A stretch of 64,000 nt of DNA from Bacteroidaceae bacterium (GCA_024398435.1 JAKSJD010000006.1:28276-92275); one strand, 5' to 3'. Positions 16,316 to 28,727 are shown, counted from the first letter of the stretch. Notes: generated from the letters alone by a model not told the origin. A program made the numbers and translations.

Positions 16316-19306
16316 ATGAAAAGATTATTTACAATCGTGTTGATGGCAGTATTGGCAAGCCTCACAATCACTGCACAGACAACAACAACTGCTGCCTCAA
16401 GAGCAACAACAAAGAAACTTACAAAAGCAAACGTAACCGGTTATGTAAAAGACTCTGAAACAGGAGAAGCGCTCGTGCGAGCTACTATCCAGATCATGTC
16501 AGAGGACACTACAAAGATGATCACAGGTGGTGTGACAAACACATTAGGTGGTTACACAATCAAAAACGTAGAAGAAGGTAACTATGTAGTCAAGATTTCT
16601 TATATCGGCTACCACGACTTCTTCCGCAAGATGACAGTAAAGAACGCAGAAACAATCCACAACGTCGGAACTGTACTGCTCACACCTAACAGCATCCTCA
16701 TCGAAGGAGCTGTCGTAACTGGTGCAATGCCACAGGTGGAAGTACACGAAGACACACTCATATTCAATGCCGATGCATTCAAGGTTCCTGAAGGTTCCGT
16801 ACTCGAAGACCTCGTAAAGAAGCTCCCAGGCGCAGAAGTTGACGAAGACGGTAACATCAAGATCAATGGTAAGAGCATCACACAGATTCTCGTCAATGGT
16901 AAGGAATTCTTCTCTAACGACCGAAACATGGCAATGAAGAACCTCCCAACAGAAATCATCGACAAGATTAAGACTTATGACAAGCAGTCAGACCAAGCTC
17001 GTCTTTCAGGTATCGACGATGGTAACGAACAAACCGTAATCGACCTTACTATCAAGAAAGGCATGAACAGAGGATGGTTCGGTAACATCAACGGCGGTGT
17101 AGGTACAAACGACCTCTACAACGGACGTATCAACCTCAACCGCTTCCAGGAAGAAGTCCAGGGATCAATCATAAGCAACCTCAGCAGCCAAGCACGAAAC
17201 GGTGGACGCGCAAAGAACTCACAGTTCGGTCTCAACCTCGTAAGCGGTAGCGAAGAAGAAGGCAACATCATCGGTGGTAACATCCGCTACACTGGCGGCA
17301 GCAACACAGGTGCTTCAAGATCTTCAAGCGAAAACTATGTAACAACAAAGACTACATATTCAAACCGCAGCAACACTAACCGCAGCACCAACGACGGTAT
17401 CAGCGGTGATATGCGAATTGAATGGCAGCTCGACTCAATGTCACGACTCCTCTTCCGTCCAAACTTCTCATATAGCGGTTCAACAAGCCGTAGCAGAGGT
17501 CTTAGTGCACAGTTCAACGAAAACCCTTACGACTTCGATGGAATCACAGACCCTCTCAACCAGTTGGAAGACATTGCAGCTAACTATAAGAACTATTTCG
17601 TAAACAAGAACGAAAGTGCAAGCAAGTCAAACAACACTAGCTACAACTTCGGAGGTAACCTCACATACAACCGTAGATTCTCAAACGGAGGACGAAACAG
17701 CGGACGTAACATCCAGGTCAACGCAAGCGGTTCATACAGCCACAGCGATGGCAAGAACTTCAACCTCTCTGACGCTATCTACTATCAGCGTGGCGACTCT
17801 GCCGACTACATCTACCGTTATCGTACATCTCCAAACAACAACACTAACCTCAGCGGTGGTTTCTCTTACAGCGAACCTCTCGGCAACAACGGTTGGTACT
17901 TGCAGTTCAGCTACAATCTCAGCTATAGCAAGAGAAAGAGCGATAGCAACACATACAACTTAGGTAAGATCCAGTCAATGCGCGACTCTATCGCAACCCA
18001 CTATCTCGGCTATCTCCCTGATATGTATAATGAATACCTCGATGACGACTTGAGTAACTACACTCTCGACAAGAACATCAACCAGAACATCAACCTCAAT
18101 GTTCGTTGGAACACTACATACATCGTATCTTCAGTAGGTATCCAGATGCAGCCTCAGCACCAGAAGATTGAGTACGACTATCAGAATATCGATACAATTG
18201 CTTCACGCAACTACTTCAGAATCTCACCTACTGCAAACATTCAGTACAGATTCAATCGTCAGCACACTATCCGATTCACTTATCGTGGTAACATGCGACA
18301 GCCATCAATCACCGACTTGTTCGATATCACAGATGACAGCAACCCTCTCAACATCCGTAAGGGTAATCCAAACTTGAAGCCATCATTCACAAACAACTAT
18401 AGCATTCAGTACAACAACTACCTGACTGCTACAATGCAGACAATCAATGGTAACTTCTCATTCAGCAATACAAGCAAGAATATCGGACAGAAGACTCAGT
18501 ACAACGAAGATACCGGTGGATCAATCTCTCAGCCAGTAAATATCGATGGCAACTGGGATGTAAGTGGAAATATCGGATTCAATACACCACTCTTCTCTAA
18601 CGAACGATTCATGATCAATACAAGCACTTCTGCTTCTTACAGCAACCAAGCTGCTTATATCTATCAGAACCATGAGACATTGAAGAATCAGGTTAACAAC
18701 CTCCGTCTCGGTGAAAACATCCGTATAAGCTACCGCTCAGACTATTGGGATATAGGTGCAAGAGGTCAAATCACTTACATGGATGTAGACAACAAGTTCG
18801 TTGAAGCAAGTAGCCGCAACACATTCGACTTCAGCTACGGTTTCTCTTCAACAGGTAACTTCGAAAACGGATTCGGTTACAGCACAGACATCAACATGAG
18901 CAGCCGTCGCGGTTATAGCTCTAAGTCAATGAACACAAACCAGCTCATTTGGAATGCTCAGGTTAGCTACCGCTTCCTCAAGAACCGTGCACTCACAGTA
19001 AGTTTGGCAGCATACGACATTCTCAACCAGAGAGACCAAGTTAGTCGTAGCATCAGTGCTACAGGACGTACTGACCAGGAAGTTAAGAACGTAAGCCAGT
19101 ATCTCATGCTCAACCTCACATACCGCTTCAACTTGTTCGGAAGCCGTTCTGGTCGTCAGAACCTCCGTCAGGAAAGAGCTGACCGTGAACAGATGCGTGC
19201 CAACATGCCAGCAGCAGGAGCAGGAATGCCAGCCGGTGGTGGTATGACAGGCGGTCCACGTGGTGGATTCGGTGGCGGTAACATGGGAGGCGGCGGACGC
19301 TTCTAA
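16316..19306 (+). CDS. Outer-membrane beta-barrel / TonB-dependent-receptor-like protein (CarboxypepD_reg-like N-domain, OMP_b-brl_3 type) with a Gly/Met-rich C-terminal tail
   Basis: Signal peptide. GYVKDSETGEALVRATIQI (carboxypeptidase-regulatory-like), plug-like LEDLVKKLPGAEVDEDGNIKINGKSITQILVNGKEFF, a long Asn/Ser/Tyr-rich barrel, and a tail ending ...GGPRGGFGGGNMGGGGRF. Confidence 0.8.
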   Translation: MKRLFTIVLMAVLASLTITAQTTTTAASRATTKKLTKANVTGYVKDSETGEALVRATIQIMSEDTTKMITGGVTNTLGGYTIKNVEEGNYVVKISYIGYHDFFRKMTVKNAETIHNVGTVLLTPNSILIEGAVVTGAMPQVEVHEDTLIFNADAFKVPEGSVLEDLVKKLPGAEVDEDGNIKINGKSITQILVNGKEFFSNDRNMAMKNLPTEIIDKIKTYDKQSDQARLSGIDDGNEQTVIDLTIKKGMNRGWFGNINGGVGTNDLYNGRINLNRFQEEVQGSIISNLSSQARNGGRAKNSQFGLNLVSGSEEEGNIIGGNIRYTGGSNTGASRSSSENYVTTKTTYSNRSNTNRSTNDGISGDMRIEWQLDSMSRLLFRPNFSYSGSTSRSRGLSAQFNENPYDFDGITDPLNQLEDIAANYKNYFVNKNESASKSNNTSYNFGGNLTYNRRFSNGGRNSGRNIQVNASGSYSHSDGKNFNLSDAIYYQRGDSADYIYRYRTSPNNNTNLSGGFSYSEPLGNNGWYLQFSYNLSYSKRKSDSNTYNLGKIQSMRDSIATHYLGYLPDMYNEYLDDDLSNYTLDKNINQNINLNVRWNTTYIVSSVGIQMQPQHQKIEYDYQNIDTIASRNYFRISPTANIQYRFNRQHTIRFTYRGNMRQPSITDLFDITDDSNPLNIRKGNPNLKPSFTNNYSIQYNNYLTATMQTINGNFSFSNTSKNIGQKTQYNEDTGGSISQPVNIDGNWDVSGNIGFNTPLFSNERFMINTSTSASYSNQAAYIYQNHETLKNQVNNLRLGENIRISYRSDYWDIGARGQITYMDVDNKFVEASSRNTFDFSYGFSSTGNFENGFGYSTDINMSSRRGYSSKSMNTNQLIWNAQVSYRFLKNRALTVSLAAYDILNQRDQVSRSISATGRTDQEVKNVSQYLMLNLTYRFNLFGSRSGRQNLRQERADREQMRANMPAAGAGMPAGGGMTGGPRGGFGGGNMGGGGRF

Positions 19307-19322
19307 TAATTGCTAGAAAAGT

Positions 19323-19353
19323 AAAAGGCTCACCTCAACGAGGCGAGCCTTTT
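19323..19353. terminator. Bidirectional hairpin terminator between the convergent OMP gene and dapA
   Basis: AAAAGGCTCACCTC-AAC-GAGGCGAGCCTTTT (one mismatch), with an A-run and a T-run on either side. Confidence 0.65.
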
Positions 19354-19433
19354 ACTTTTTATTAATAATATAATGTACTATACCAACTACATATTTTTGA
19401 AAAGATTACTAATCACTTCAATACTTACACCTA

Positions 19434-20327
19434 TCAATACTTTATATTAAGTTCTTTAACAATTGCACTAATCTCTCCAAATGTAGTAATACGAGCAGGA
19501 ACAAGAGGCAAACGAAGTTCGTTCTCTATTAAGCCCATACCATTAAGCATAGCTTTAACACCAGCAGGATTACCGTCAACGAAAAGCAACTTAAATAATT
19601 CCGTAAATTGATGATGAATTGTCAAAGCATTTTGATAGTCACCATTAAGAGCCAAACGAACCATACGTCCAAACTCTTGAGGCAAAGCATTGCCTATAAC
19701 ACTGATAACACCAACAGCACCAAGAGTAATGAGGGGGAAAGTAATACCATCATCACCTGATATAACATCAAAGTTGTTTGGCTTATTCTTGATTATATCA
19801 TCTATCTGAGTGAAATTACCACTTGCTTCCTTAATTGCCACTATATTCTCACAATCATTTGCAAGTCGAAGTGTTGTTTCGGCAGTCATATTCACCCCCA
19901 CTCTTCCTGGTACGTTATAAAGAACAACAGGAAGTTGTGTAGCATTTGCAATAGCTTTGAAATGCTGATACAATCCTTCTTGTGATGGCTTGTTATAATA
20001 TGGACATACACTGAGTATTCCGTCAATCCCTGAAAGATCTGCCGTCTTCAAAGTATTAACAACTTCATACGTATTGTTGCCGCCACAGCCCATCAAAATA
20101 GGAATCTTTCCTTGGACCTTTTCTACAACAAGATCCTTAACTCTCTGTCTTTCCTCTGCTGAAAGACATGGAGTCTCACCTGTAGTAGCAAGAATACAAA
20201 GAAAATCTATGCCATTAGACAACTGATAGTCTAACAATCTTCTAAGAGCAACATAATCAACTTCGCCCTCTTTTGTAAATGGAGTAATGAGTGCTATACC
20301 TAAGCCTCTAAAAATGTTTCGTTTCAT
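19434..20327 (-). CDS. dapA: 4-hydroxy-tetrahydrodipicolinate synthase
   Basis: 297 aa. GLGIALITPFTKEGEVDY..., ATTGE, YNVPGR are typical DapA blocks. Confidence 0.93.
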   Translation of the reverse strand: MKRNIFRGLGIALITPFTKEGEVDYVALRRLLDYQLSNGIDFLCILATTGETPCLSAEERQRVKDLVVEKVQGKIPILMGCGGNNTYEVVNTLKTADLSGIDGILSVCPYYNKPSQEGLYQHFKAIANATQLPVVLYNVPGRVGVNMTAETTLRLANDCENIVAIKEASGNFTQIDDIIKNKPNNFDVISGDDGITFPLITLGAVGVISVIGNALPQEFGRMVRLALNGDYQNALTIHHQFTELFKLLFVDGNPAGVKAMLNGMGLIENELRLPLVPARITTFGEISAIVKELNIKY

Positions 20328-20349
20328 CTTGTTTTTGTGAATTTGACTG

Positions 20350-20357
20350 CAAAGGTA
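20350..20357 (-). promoter_or_regulatory. -7 box (TACCTTTG on the minus strand) upstream of dapA
   Basis: TAnnTTTG match in the 35-nt gap between the ligA stop and the dapA start. Confidence 0.4.
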
Positions 20358-20362
20358 TGGAA

Positions 20363-22462
<2,100 letters not shown>

Positions 22463-22467
22463 CTAAA

Positions 22468-23298
22468 CTAATCCAACTCTCTTTGTCTGCAGAAATAACC
22501 CGCAAACAACTCATCAACATTTTCCAATGGAGCATCAAAAATGCCATAAACAGCACTACCACTGCCTGACATGGATGCATAAACAGCACCAATATCGTAT
22601 AGTTTATCCTTTATTGCTGCTATTTCCGGATACTTCATGAATACACTCGCTTCGAAATCATTAACAACGGCAGTCTTCCATTGTTCAATAGGTTTCGCCA
22701 ACAACTCAGGCAAAGATGTTTCAGGTATTGAAGGGATAACATGACTATACGCATCAGCTGTAGACACAAAGGTGTCAGGCTTTATAAGCAATAGAGTTTT
22801 TCCCTTGAGCGAAAGACTAATCTCTTGAAAGATATTGCCTATTCCCGTTGCCATTACAGGATGGTTCTTTATAAAGAAAGCACAATCGGCTCCTAACTGA
22901 ACCGCATACTGCTCCATTTGTTCATCAGAAAGGCCCAACTTACATTTCTCGTTGATTGCTTTTATAGTAAAAGCGGCATCAGAAGATCCCCCACCAAGTC
23001 CTGCACCTGTAGGAATATGCTTATAGACATTGAAACTCATTGCAGGCAAGTCAAAGTCATGCTTCAGCAACTTGTAAGCTTTAATAACAAGATTATCTTC
23101 TGGTGTGCCATCCAATGTTGTGCCAGACACTTTAAGTCTATAGCCACATTCCGGTACATCATTATCAATCACATTGATTTCAATGGCATCCTGCAAGTTA
23201 ATTGGATAGAATACAGTTTCGAGGTTATGGTATCCGTCAGGACGCTTGCTTACTACATTTAAGCCTATATTTATCTTTGCGTTAGGATATACTATCAT
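22468..23298 (-). CDS. ispE: 4-diphosphocytidyl-2-C-methyl-D-erythritol kinase
   Basis: 276 aa. [25 protein letters not shown] and the GHMP motif [14 protein letters not shown]. Confidence 0.9.
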   Translation of the reverse strand: MIVYPNAKINIGLNVVSKRPDGYHNLETVFYPINLQDAIEINVIDNDVPECGYRLKVSGTTLDGTPEDNLVIKAYKLLKHDFDLPAMSFNVYKHIPTGAGLGGGSSDAAFTIKAINEKCKLGLSDEQMEQYAVQLGADCAFFIKNHPVMATGIGNIFQEISLSLKGKTLLLIKPDTFVSTADAYSHVIPSIPETSLPELLAKPIEQWKTAVVNDFEASVFMKYPEIAAIKDKLYDIGAVYASMSGSGSAVYGIFDAPLENVDELFAGYFCRQRELD

Positions 23299-23358
23299 AT
23301 TGATTCATTATTTGTTGCACTGCAAATTTACAAAAAAGTTTTGAATTAGAAACAAAAA

Positions 23359-23390
23359 GTGAGCACTTATTTTCAACAATAAATGCTCAC
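23359..23390 (-). terminator. Hairpin terminator downstream of dnaB
   Basis: Minus strand GTGAGCA...TGCTCAC (7-bp stem) followed by TTTTTGTTTC. Confidence 0.5.
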
Positions 23391-23521
23391 CGAAAAAAAA
23401 CAATTTGATAAAGTGAGAAAATGTATATTCTTTCATTCAAGTTCCTACATACATTCTTCTTTATGAATTCTCACATATAATCACATTTTTGAGTCACTCT
23501 ATCTTTATTGTTTTATGTACG

Positions 23522-25075
23522 TTAGAATGGTCTGTCATCATCTATCGACAACGAGTTGAATGCTTCATTGTCGTATGTCACGGATGTATTAATCTTTGAT
23601 GATTTGATTGTTCCGTCTTCTTCGCCTGGCAATGGAATTGAATTGTCTCTTAGGTTCATGAATCGGGCATAATCCGAAACGAATCTTAATCTGACGTCTC
23701 CCACCTGACCATTACGATGCTTTGCAATAATGATTTCTGCAATGCCCTTTGTATCGTTTCCGAAACTATCCTTATGTATCTTATAGTATTCAGGGCGGTG
23801 AATCATACAAACCATATCGGCATCTTGCTCTATCGCTCCCGACTCTCTCAAGTCGGCCAACTGAGGACGATGAGTGTCTTTCATTTCTTCTCCAGCGTTA
23901 TTGTTTGAATTGGCAATACGTGTTTCTATACCACGATTCAACTGAGAAAGAGCTATTATCGGTACATTCAGTTCCTTTGCGAGTCCCTTGAGATTTCGAG
24001 ATATTGTCGAAACTTCTTCCTGGCGACTGCCATAGCTCATTCCTGAAGCGTTCATAAGTTGCAAGTAGTCGATTATTATCAACTGAACTCCATGTTCACG
24101 AACCAATCGACGAGCCTTTGTTCTCAATTCAAATACCGACAATGATGGTGTATCATCAATATACAGAGGAGAATCGTACATCTCGCTAATCTTGCTGTGC
24201 AACTGTTCCCATTCGTATGGTGCAAGCTGACCGCTTCTGATCTTGTCGCCAGTAATATTGCAGACATTGACGATAAGACGGTTGACAAGCTGAACATTTG
24301 ACATTTCGAGCGAGAACATCGCAACAGGAATCTTGTTGGTGATAGCTATGTTTCTTGCCATTGAGAGCACGAAAGCCGTCTTTCCCATTGCAGGTCGAGC
24401 TGCAATAATGATTAAGTCGGACTTCTGCCAACCATTTGTCATCTTGTCCAAATCTTCAAATCCAGAACTGATTCCCGACAATCCCGTTGTGTTGGCACTT
24501 GCCTTTGAAAGGAGTTCCATTGCCTCCTTGATGACAGGATTTATCTGGGTGAAGTCCTTTTTGATATTTGTCTTTGAAAGCTCGAACAATTGTCCCTCAG
24601 CTTGTTGCATCAATTCGGAAATATCCTGACCTTCATCAAATGCACCAGTTTGTATCTTGCTTGAATATGTAATCAGTTCTCTTGCGAGGGCCTTCTGTGC
24701 GATCACCTTTGCATGATATTCAATATGTGCAGATGACAAAACCTTCTGGCTGAGTTCGGCAATATAGAATGCACCACCGGCATCTTCAAGATTCTTATTC
24801 TTACGTAACTGTTCTACGACAGTCAAGACATCTATAGGCTGATTCTCAGCATATAAAGTCTGAATGGCATCGAAGATTACTTTGTGTTTATTATCGTAAA
24901 ATGATTTTGGTTTCAGAATATCTGCGACCTGTCCGAAAGCATCTTGTTCAATCAAACAAGCACCAACAACTGCCTTTTCGAAGTCAGTTGCCTGAGGTTG
25001 CTGGCGACCTAAATCAGCCACAACAATAATTTCCTCTTTTTGCTTTTTCTTTGTTGAACGTTTTGCTTCAGCCAT
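23522..25075 (-). CDS. dnaB: Replicative DNA helicase
   Basis: DnaB N-domain followed by the RecA-like core (AARPAMGKTAF Walker A, LIIIDYLQLM). I prefer the ATG at 25075 (MAEAKRS..., 517 aa) because a -7 box lies at 25100-25107, inside the longer ORF-track version. Confidence 0.95.
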   Translation of the reverse strand: MAEAKRSTKKKQKEEIIVVADLGRQQPQATDFEKAVVGACLIEQDAFGQVADILKPKSFYDNKHKVIFDAIQTLYAENQPIDVLTVVEQLRKNKNLEDAGGAFYIAELSQKVLSSAHIEYHAKVIAQKALARELITYSSKIQTGAFDEGQDISELMQQAEGQLFELSKTNIKKDFTQINPVIKEAMELLSKASANTTGLSGISSGFEDLDKMTNGWQKSDLIIIAARPAMGKTAFVLSMARNIAITNKIPVAMFSLEMSNVQLVNRLIVNVCNITGDKIRSGQLAPYEWEQLHSKISEMYDSPLYIDDTPSLSVFELRTKARRLVREHGVQLIIIDYLQLMNASGMSYGSRQEEVSTISRNLKGLAKELNVPIIALSQLNRGIETRIANSNNNAGEEMKDTHRPQLADLRESGAIEQDADMVCMIHRPEYYKIHKDSFGNDTKGIAEIIIAKHRNGQVGDVRLRFVSDYARFMNLRDNSIPLPGEEDGTIKSSKINTSVTYDNEAFNSLSIDDDRPF

Positions 25076-25099
25076 AAACACATTTTCTCTTTCGCTTTG

Positions 25100-25107
25100 C
25101 AAAGGTA
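25100..25107 (-). promoter_or_regulatory. -7 box (TACCTTTG on the minus strand) upstream of dnaB
   Basis: TAnnTTTG match 24 nt upstream of the preferred ATG. Confidence 0.45.
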
Positions 25108-25203
25108 ATAGATTTTGATGAGGTGGGTATAAGTTTCACAATAAACATATAAACAGGTATGTTCACAACTCTGTTGAAAACGTTAATAACTCGGCAAAGA
25201 AAA

Positions 25204-25230
25204 GCCCCTAACTCGTTATGAGTCAGGGGC
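25204..25230 (-). terminator. Hairpin terminator downstream of purT
   Basis: Minus strand GCCCCTGACTC-ATAAC-GAGTTAGGGGC (one mismatch) followed by TTTTCTTTG. Confidence 0.6.
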
Positions 25231-25316
25231 AAACTTATCAACAGAAATTATTTTAATAAGTAATTGGCTTGTAATTAAATCTATCTAAAAACAAGCATTT
25301 CTGAGAGCAACTCTTA

Positions 25317-26480
25317 TTATTTCACCTCAACCTTTGCAGCCAAAGCCTTACACTTATCGCGGATTTCGTCGAGTGGAGTTCCGAGTTTGTCGTAACATAC
25401 TACAACACCCATGCGTCGGCCAACGTGAGCTACTGGCTTGCCGAAGATGCGGAGGTAAGTGCGAGGAGCTTCGCAAACTGATTCCATGCCTACATAGTCA
25501 GGGCATTCTGTTTCAACACCAGAGAGGATAACGGCACTTGCACCAGCCTTTTCCTGTGTGATTTCAGGAATTGGAAGACCGAGGACGGCACGGCAGTGGA
25601 GTTCGAATTCAGTAAGATTCTGTGTTCCTGCAAGTGTAACCATACCTGTATCGTGTGGACGAGGAGAAAGTTCTGAGAAGTAAACGCCGTCCTTGTTTGA
25701 GATGAAGAACTCAACGCCCCAGATACCAGCACCCGTAAGAGCGGCCGTTACCTTTGCAGCCATATCCTGAGCTGCCTGAAGGTGTTCGTCGGTCATTGGC
25801 ATTGGCTGGAAGCTTTCGCGATAGTCGCCACCCTTCTGAACATGTCCGATTGGCTTGCAGAAGAGAGTCTTTCCGTTCTTCTGAGTAACAGTGAGGAGAG
25901 TGATTTCATAATCGAAGTTGATGAATTGTTCAACGATTACTTCCTTGATGTCACCTCTTGCACCTGCAACTGCATCGTCCCATGCTTTCTGAAGTTCTGC
26001 AGGAGAATCTACTTTGCTCTGTCCATGGCCTGATGAAGACATGAGAGGCTTAACGATGAATGGATAGCCAATCTCGTCGGCTGCCTGCTGGAACTCTTCA
26101 AATGTCTTTGCATACTTGTAGTTAGCAGTCTTGAGTCCGAGTTCGGTGTGTGCAAGTTCACGGATTGCCTTACGGTTCATTGTGAAGTTGACGGCACGTG
26201 CAGAAGGAGTTACCTGAATGCCTTTTTGCTCGCATTCATAAAGTTTTTCTGTACGGATAGCCTCGATTTCAGGCACGATGATGTCTGGCTTGTGTTTTTC
26301 AACGGCTGCCATGAGGGCATCGCCATCAAGCATTGAGAACACTTCACACTCGTCTGCTACTTGCATAGCTGGTGCCTTTGCATACTTGTCACATGCTACA
26401 ACGTACATACCTTTGCGCTTACATGCGATCACAAACTCTTTTCCTAGCTCTCCTGAGCCTAAAAGCATTATTTTTTTCAT
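25317..26480 (-). CDS. purT: Formate-dependent phosphoribosylglycinamide formyltransferase
   Basis: ATP-grasp enzyme. The start [15 protein letters not shown] at 26480 gives 387 aa. The ORF-track N-terminal extension (to 26621) would overlap the upstream gene and has no homology-like sequence. Confidence 0.92.
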   Translation of the reverse strand: MKKIMLLGSGELGKEFVIACKRKGMYVVACDKYAKAPAMQVADECEVFSMLDGDALMAAVEKHKPDIIVPEIEAIRTEKLYECEQKGIQVTPSARAVNFTMNRKAIRELAHTELGLKTANYKYAKTFEEFQQAADEIGYPFIVKPLMSSSGHGQSKVDSPAELQKAWDDAVAGARGDIKEVIVEQFINFDYEITLLTVTQKNGKTLFCKPIGHVQKGGDYRESFQPMPMTDEHLQAAQDMAAKVTAALTGAGIWGVEFFISNKDGVYFSELSPRPHDTGMVTLAGTQNLTEFELHCRAVLGLPIPEITQEKAGASAVILSGVETECPDYVGMESVCEAPRTYLRIFGKPVAHVGRRMGVVVCYDKLGTPLDEIRDKCKALAAKVEVK

Positions 26481-26512
26481 GTGTAAATTGATTATATGAT
26501 AATTGTTATTTT

Positions 26513-28033
26513 TTATTGATGTTGTTCTCTCAGCAAGTCGTTTACAGTCTTTACTGGATTGAAAGTTCCGAGCGGAACATCTGCAAAGATTGTGTTCCAA
26601 TCGCTCATTGCACCATTCCAAAGTCCTGGAAGTTCGAGTGCCTTGAGGTCTTTTCCGTTCTTGCTCTTTGATGAGATAAAGCCAGTGTTGTGGTCGACAT
26701 ATTGTCTGAGGTCGAACTTTTCGCCCTTATAATTCTTGACTGCACATACGAGATCCACTGGATTGAAGTGGGTTCCACCCTTGAACATTGCCACATATTC
26801 GGCATTGGCTGTATCGATTTGCGAACTTTCAAGTATTTGGAGTGAGATTGTTCCGTCTTGATTGTAGGCGAGGAACGGACCTCCACCTGGTTCTCCAACA
26901 TTCTTCACCATACCGCAAACACGCATTGGTCGGTTGAGTTTATTGTAGAGATAAGCCGAAAGTTGCTCGTCGTTCATATTGGCTTGTTCTGGATTCTTGC
27001 AGCAAAGTTCGCTTTCGAGGAACTGAGCAATCTCTTCCAGTTGGGCATGAGAGCAATTTCCGCCATCGAGAAGGCGAAGATATTCGAATGCTTTCTTTTG
27101 TTTGCTTACGAGAATGCCCGCAATGAGTTTCTTGAACTGAACAGTTTCTGGCTTCATCTTATCAGGCACCACATTATCTATATTTTTAATAAAGATAACA
27201 TCGGCATCGAGTTCGTTCAAGTTTTCTATCAATGCACCATGGCCACCTGGACGGAAGAGGATTGTGCCGTCTTCGTTGCGGAATGGTTCATTATCAATGG
27301 TTGCAGCCACTGTGTCAGTGCTTGATTTCTGTTCAGAGAAGCTGATTTCGTATTTTACGCCAAACTTACTTTCGTATTCGCCTTTCTTTTGCTCCACCAA
27401 ATCCTCGAACAATTCGCGATGTTCAGGACTTACCGTAAAGTGTACATTCACCTTTCCATCCTTGCCTGCAGCATAGAGTGCTCCTTCGACGAGATGTTCC
27501 TCGAGTGGTGTACGAATGCTGTCGTCGTAGGCATGGAACTGAAGAAGTCCCTTTGGAAGCTTGCCGTAGTTGAGGCCCATCTCTCCTAAAAGGACGTCGA
27601 CCACTGCCTTATATTCGCCTTGTTCGATAAGGTCGTCAACCTCTTCGCCTTGGTTTACAACGCAAGCGTCATTGAGAGCATCGAAGAAAGCGAAGTTGTG
27701 GATATTTTCGAAGAACTTCTTGATGAAGTCAGTGTCTGGCGTATCTGATTCGCCATCAAGGAATTCAAAGAGATTCTTAAACATTCTTGAAGCGGCACCA
27801 GATGCAGGAACGAACTTCAACACTTTGTGTGAACCTTCCAAATACTCTGTCCAAGCCTGCTGATACTCTGTTTGCTGAGCATTGTCGGTCATGGTAATGC
27901 CATTTTCAGGCGATGCTGCACCAGCAAGTTTCAGGAAAGGAAAGCCTGTGCGGAACTGCTCCAATTGCTGTTGGAGTTGCTGTTCGGATATACTTTTGGC
28001 AGCAAGGAACTCTTTATCTTTTTGTGTAAGCAT
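26513..28033 (-). CDS. DUF4301-family protein (nucleotidyltransferase-like fold, function unknown)
   Basis: 506 aa. The N-terminus [36 protein letters not shown]... is the pattern I associate with DUF4301. [11 protein letters not shown] resembles a sugar-nucleotide pyrophosphorylase P-loop. Confidence 0.7.
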   Translation of the reverse strand: MLTQKDKEFLAAKSISEQQLQQQLEQFRTGFPFLKLAGAASPENGITMTDNAQQTEYQQAWTEYLEGSHKVLKFVPASGAASRMFKNLFEFLDGESDTPDTDFIKKFFENIHNFAFFDALNDACVVNQGEEVDDLIEQGEYKAVVDVLLGEMGLNYGKLPKGLLQFHAYDDSIRTPLEEHLVEGALYAAGKDGKVNVHFTVSPEHRELFEDLVEQKKGEYESKFGVKYEISFSEQKSSTDTVAATIDNEPFRNEDGTILFRPGGHGALIENLNELDADVIFIKNIDNVVPDKMKPETVQFKKLIAGILVSKQKKAFEYLRLLDGGNCSHAQLEEIAQFLESELCCKNPEQANMNDEQLSAYLYNKLNRPMRVCGMVKNVGEPGGGPFLAYNQDGTISLQILESSQIDTANAEYVAMFKGGTHFNPVDLVCAVKNYKGEKFDLRQYVDHNTGFISSKSKNGKDLKALELPGLWNGAMSDWNTIFADVPLGTFNPVKTVNDLLREQHQ

Positions 28034-28068
28034 ACTAATAAGTGAATTGGTTTGTAAGAATTACGATA

Positions 28069-28076
28069 CAAAGATA
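28069..28076 (-). promoter_or_regulatory. -7 box (TATCTTTG on the minus strand) upstream of the DUF4301 gene
   Basis: TAnnTTTG match 35 nt upstream of the ATG at 28033. Confidence 0.45.
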
Positions 28077-28266
28077 AGTCATTTTTTTCAAACACAAAAG
28101 CATTTACGAAAGTTTTTTCGACTTGTACCTTATATTATTACATATATGCGAGAGATTGTTCGTTAATTCGCGTGTTTCGCAAACTCGACTTTGCAATTTA
28201 GTGCTTATTTGTCGGCCAAGCGGGAACCCAACTATGAGATTGTTTCAATGACAATCAGTTCCATTT

Positions 28267-28274
28267 TATCTTTG
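28267..28274 (+). promoter_or_regulatory. Orphan -7 box TATCTTTG, 488 nt upstream of relA, directly in front of the repeat blocks
   Basis: Exact TAnnTTTG match with the same flank (TATCTTTGCA) as the box at 13031. No ORF follows it. Confidence 0.35.
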
Positions 28275-28300
28275 CATTTCAATGCCACAAAACAAAACCA

Positions 28301-28410
28301 AAAACTCATAAAAACGAAACTCAAAACTCACAAAGACGAAACTCAGAACTCATAAAAACGAAACCTCAAACTCACAAAAACAAACCATAAAACTTGCACG
28401 AACTAAAGTT
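28301..28410. repeat. Tandem array, 5 units of 21-23 bp, almost pure C+A (core ACTCA at 28304, 28326, 28348, 28370)
   Basis: Units are AAAACTCATAAAAACGAAACTC, AAAACTCACAAAGACGAAACTC, AGAACTCATAAAAACGAAACCTC, AAACTCACAAAAACAAACCAT and AAAACTTGCACGAACTAAAGTT. Confidence 0.85.
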
Positions 28411-28434
28411 AATTTTCCCAGCTTCAAATTCAGA

Positions 28435-28521
28435 GTCATAAGTTATGACTTGCAAGTCGTAAGCTTATGTCGTTCAAGTCATAATGTTATGTCTTTGAAG
28501 TCATAACTTATGACTCTAAAA
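28435..28521. repeat. Tandem array, 4 units of 21-22 bp, each with the dyad GTCATAA-N-TTATGAC; homologous to 39131-39217
   Basis: Units are GTCATAAGTTATGACTTGCAA, GTCGTAAGCTTATGTCGTTCAA, GTCATAATGTTATGTCTTTGAA and GTCATAACTTATGACTCTAAAA. 28502-28528 is identical to 39198-39224. Confidence 0.9.
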
Positions 28522-28727
28522 ATATTCTTAGAAAAATCGGTAAATATTCGATGATGAAACATGCTTTTATACGGGGTGGTTGGAAAAATAAATATCGTCC
28601 CGTGAAATGACCAAATACCAATCACAAGATTTCATATTCTGTTTATAAAACAGGAACCTCCGATAAAGGTCGAAAAAATTTCTTTCTTAATATTTCCGAA
28701 AAACTTGCTCATGTAAAAAATTTTTAC

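Noticed and set aside
16316-19306. SusC-like transporter of a PUL
   Set aside because: No SusD-like gene follows it; the next gene is convergent dapA. Its N-terminal and barrel features match the generic OMP_b-brl_3 type rather than SusC/RagA, and it lies 12 kb from the glycosidase cluster.
26481-26621. N-terminal extensions offered by the ORF track: purT to 26621, and likewise 34155, 35799, 43108, 44683, 25102, 8752 and 49872
   Set aside because: The extensions overlap upstream genes, promoter boxes or repeats, and they precede clean signal peptides or canonical family N-termini. Some use TTG. I chose the internal ATG starts instead.
28301-28521. Possible CRISPR arrays (here and at the other tandem blocks)
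   Set aside because: The units are contiguous with no unique spacers and are only 21-22 bp long. Copy number is about four, and no cas gene is in the window.
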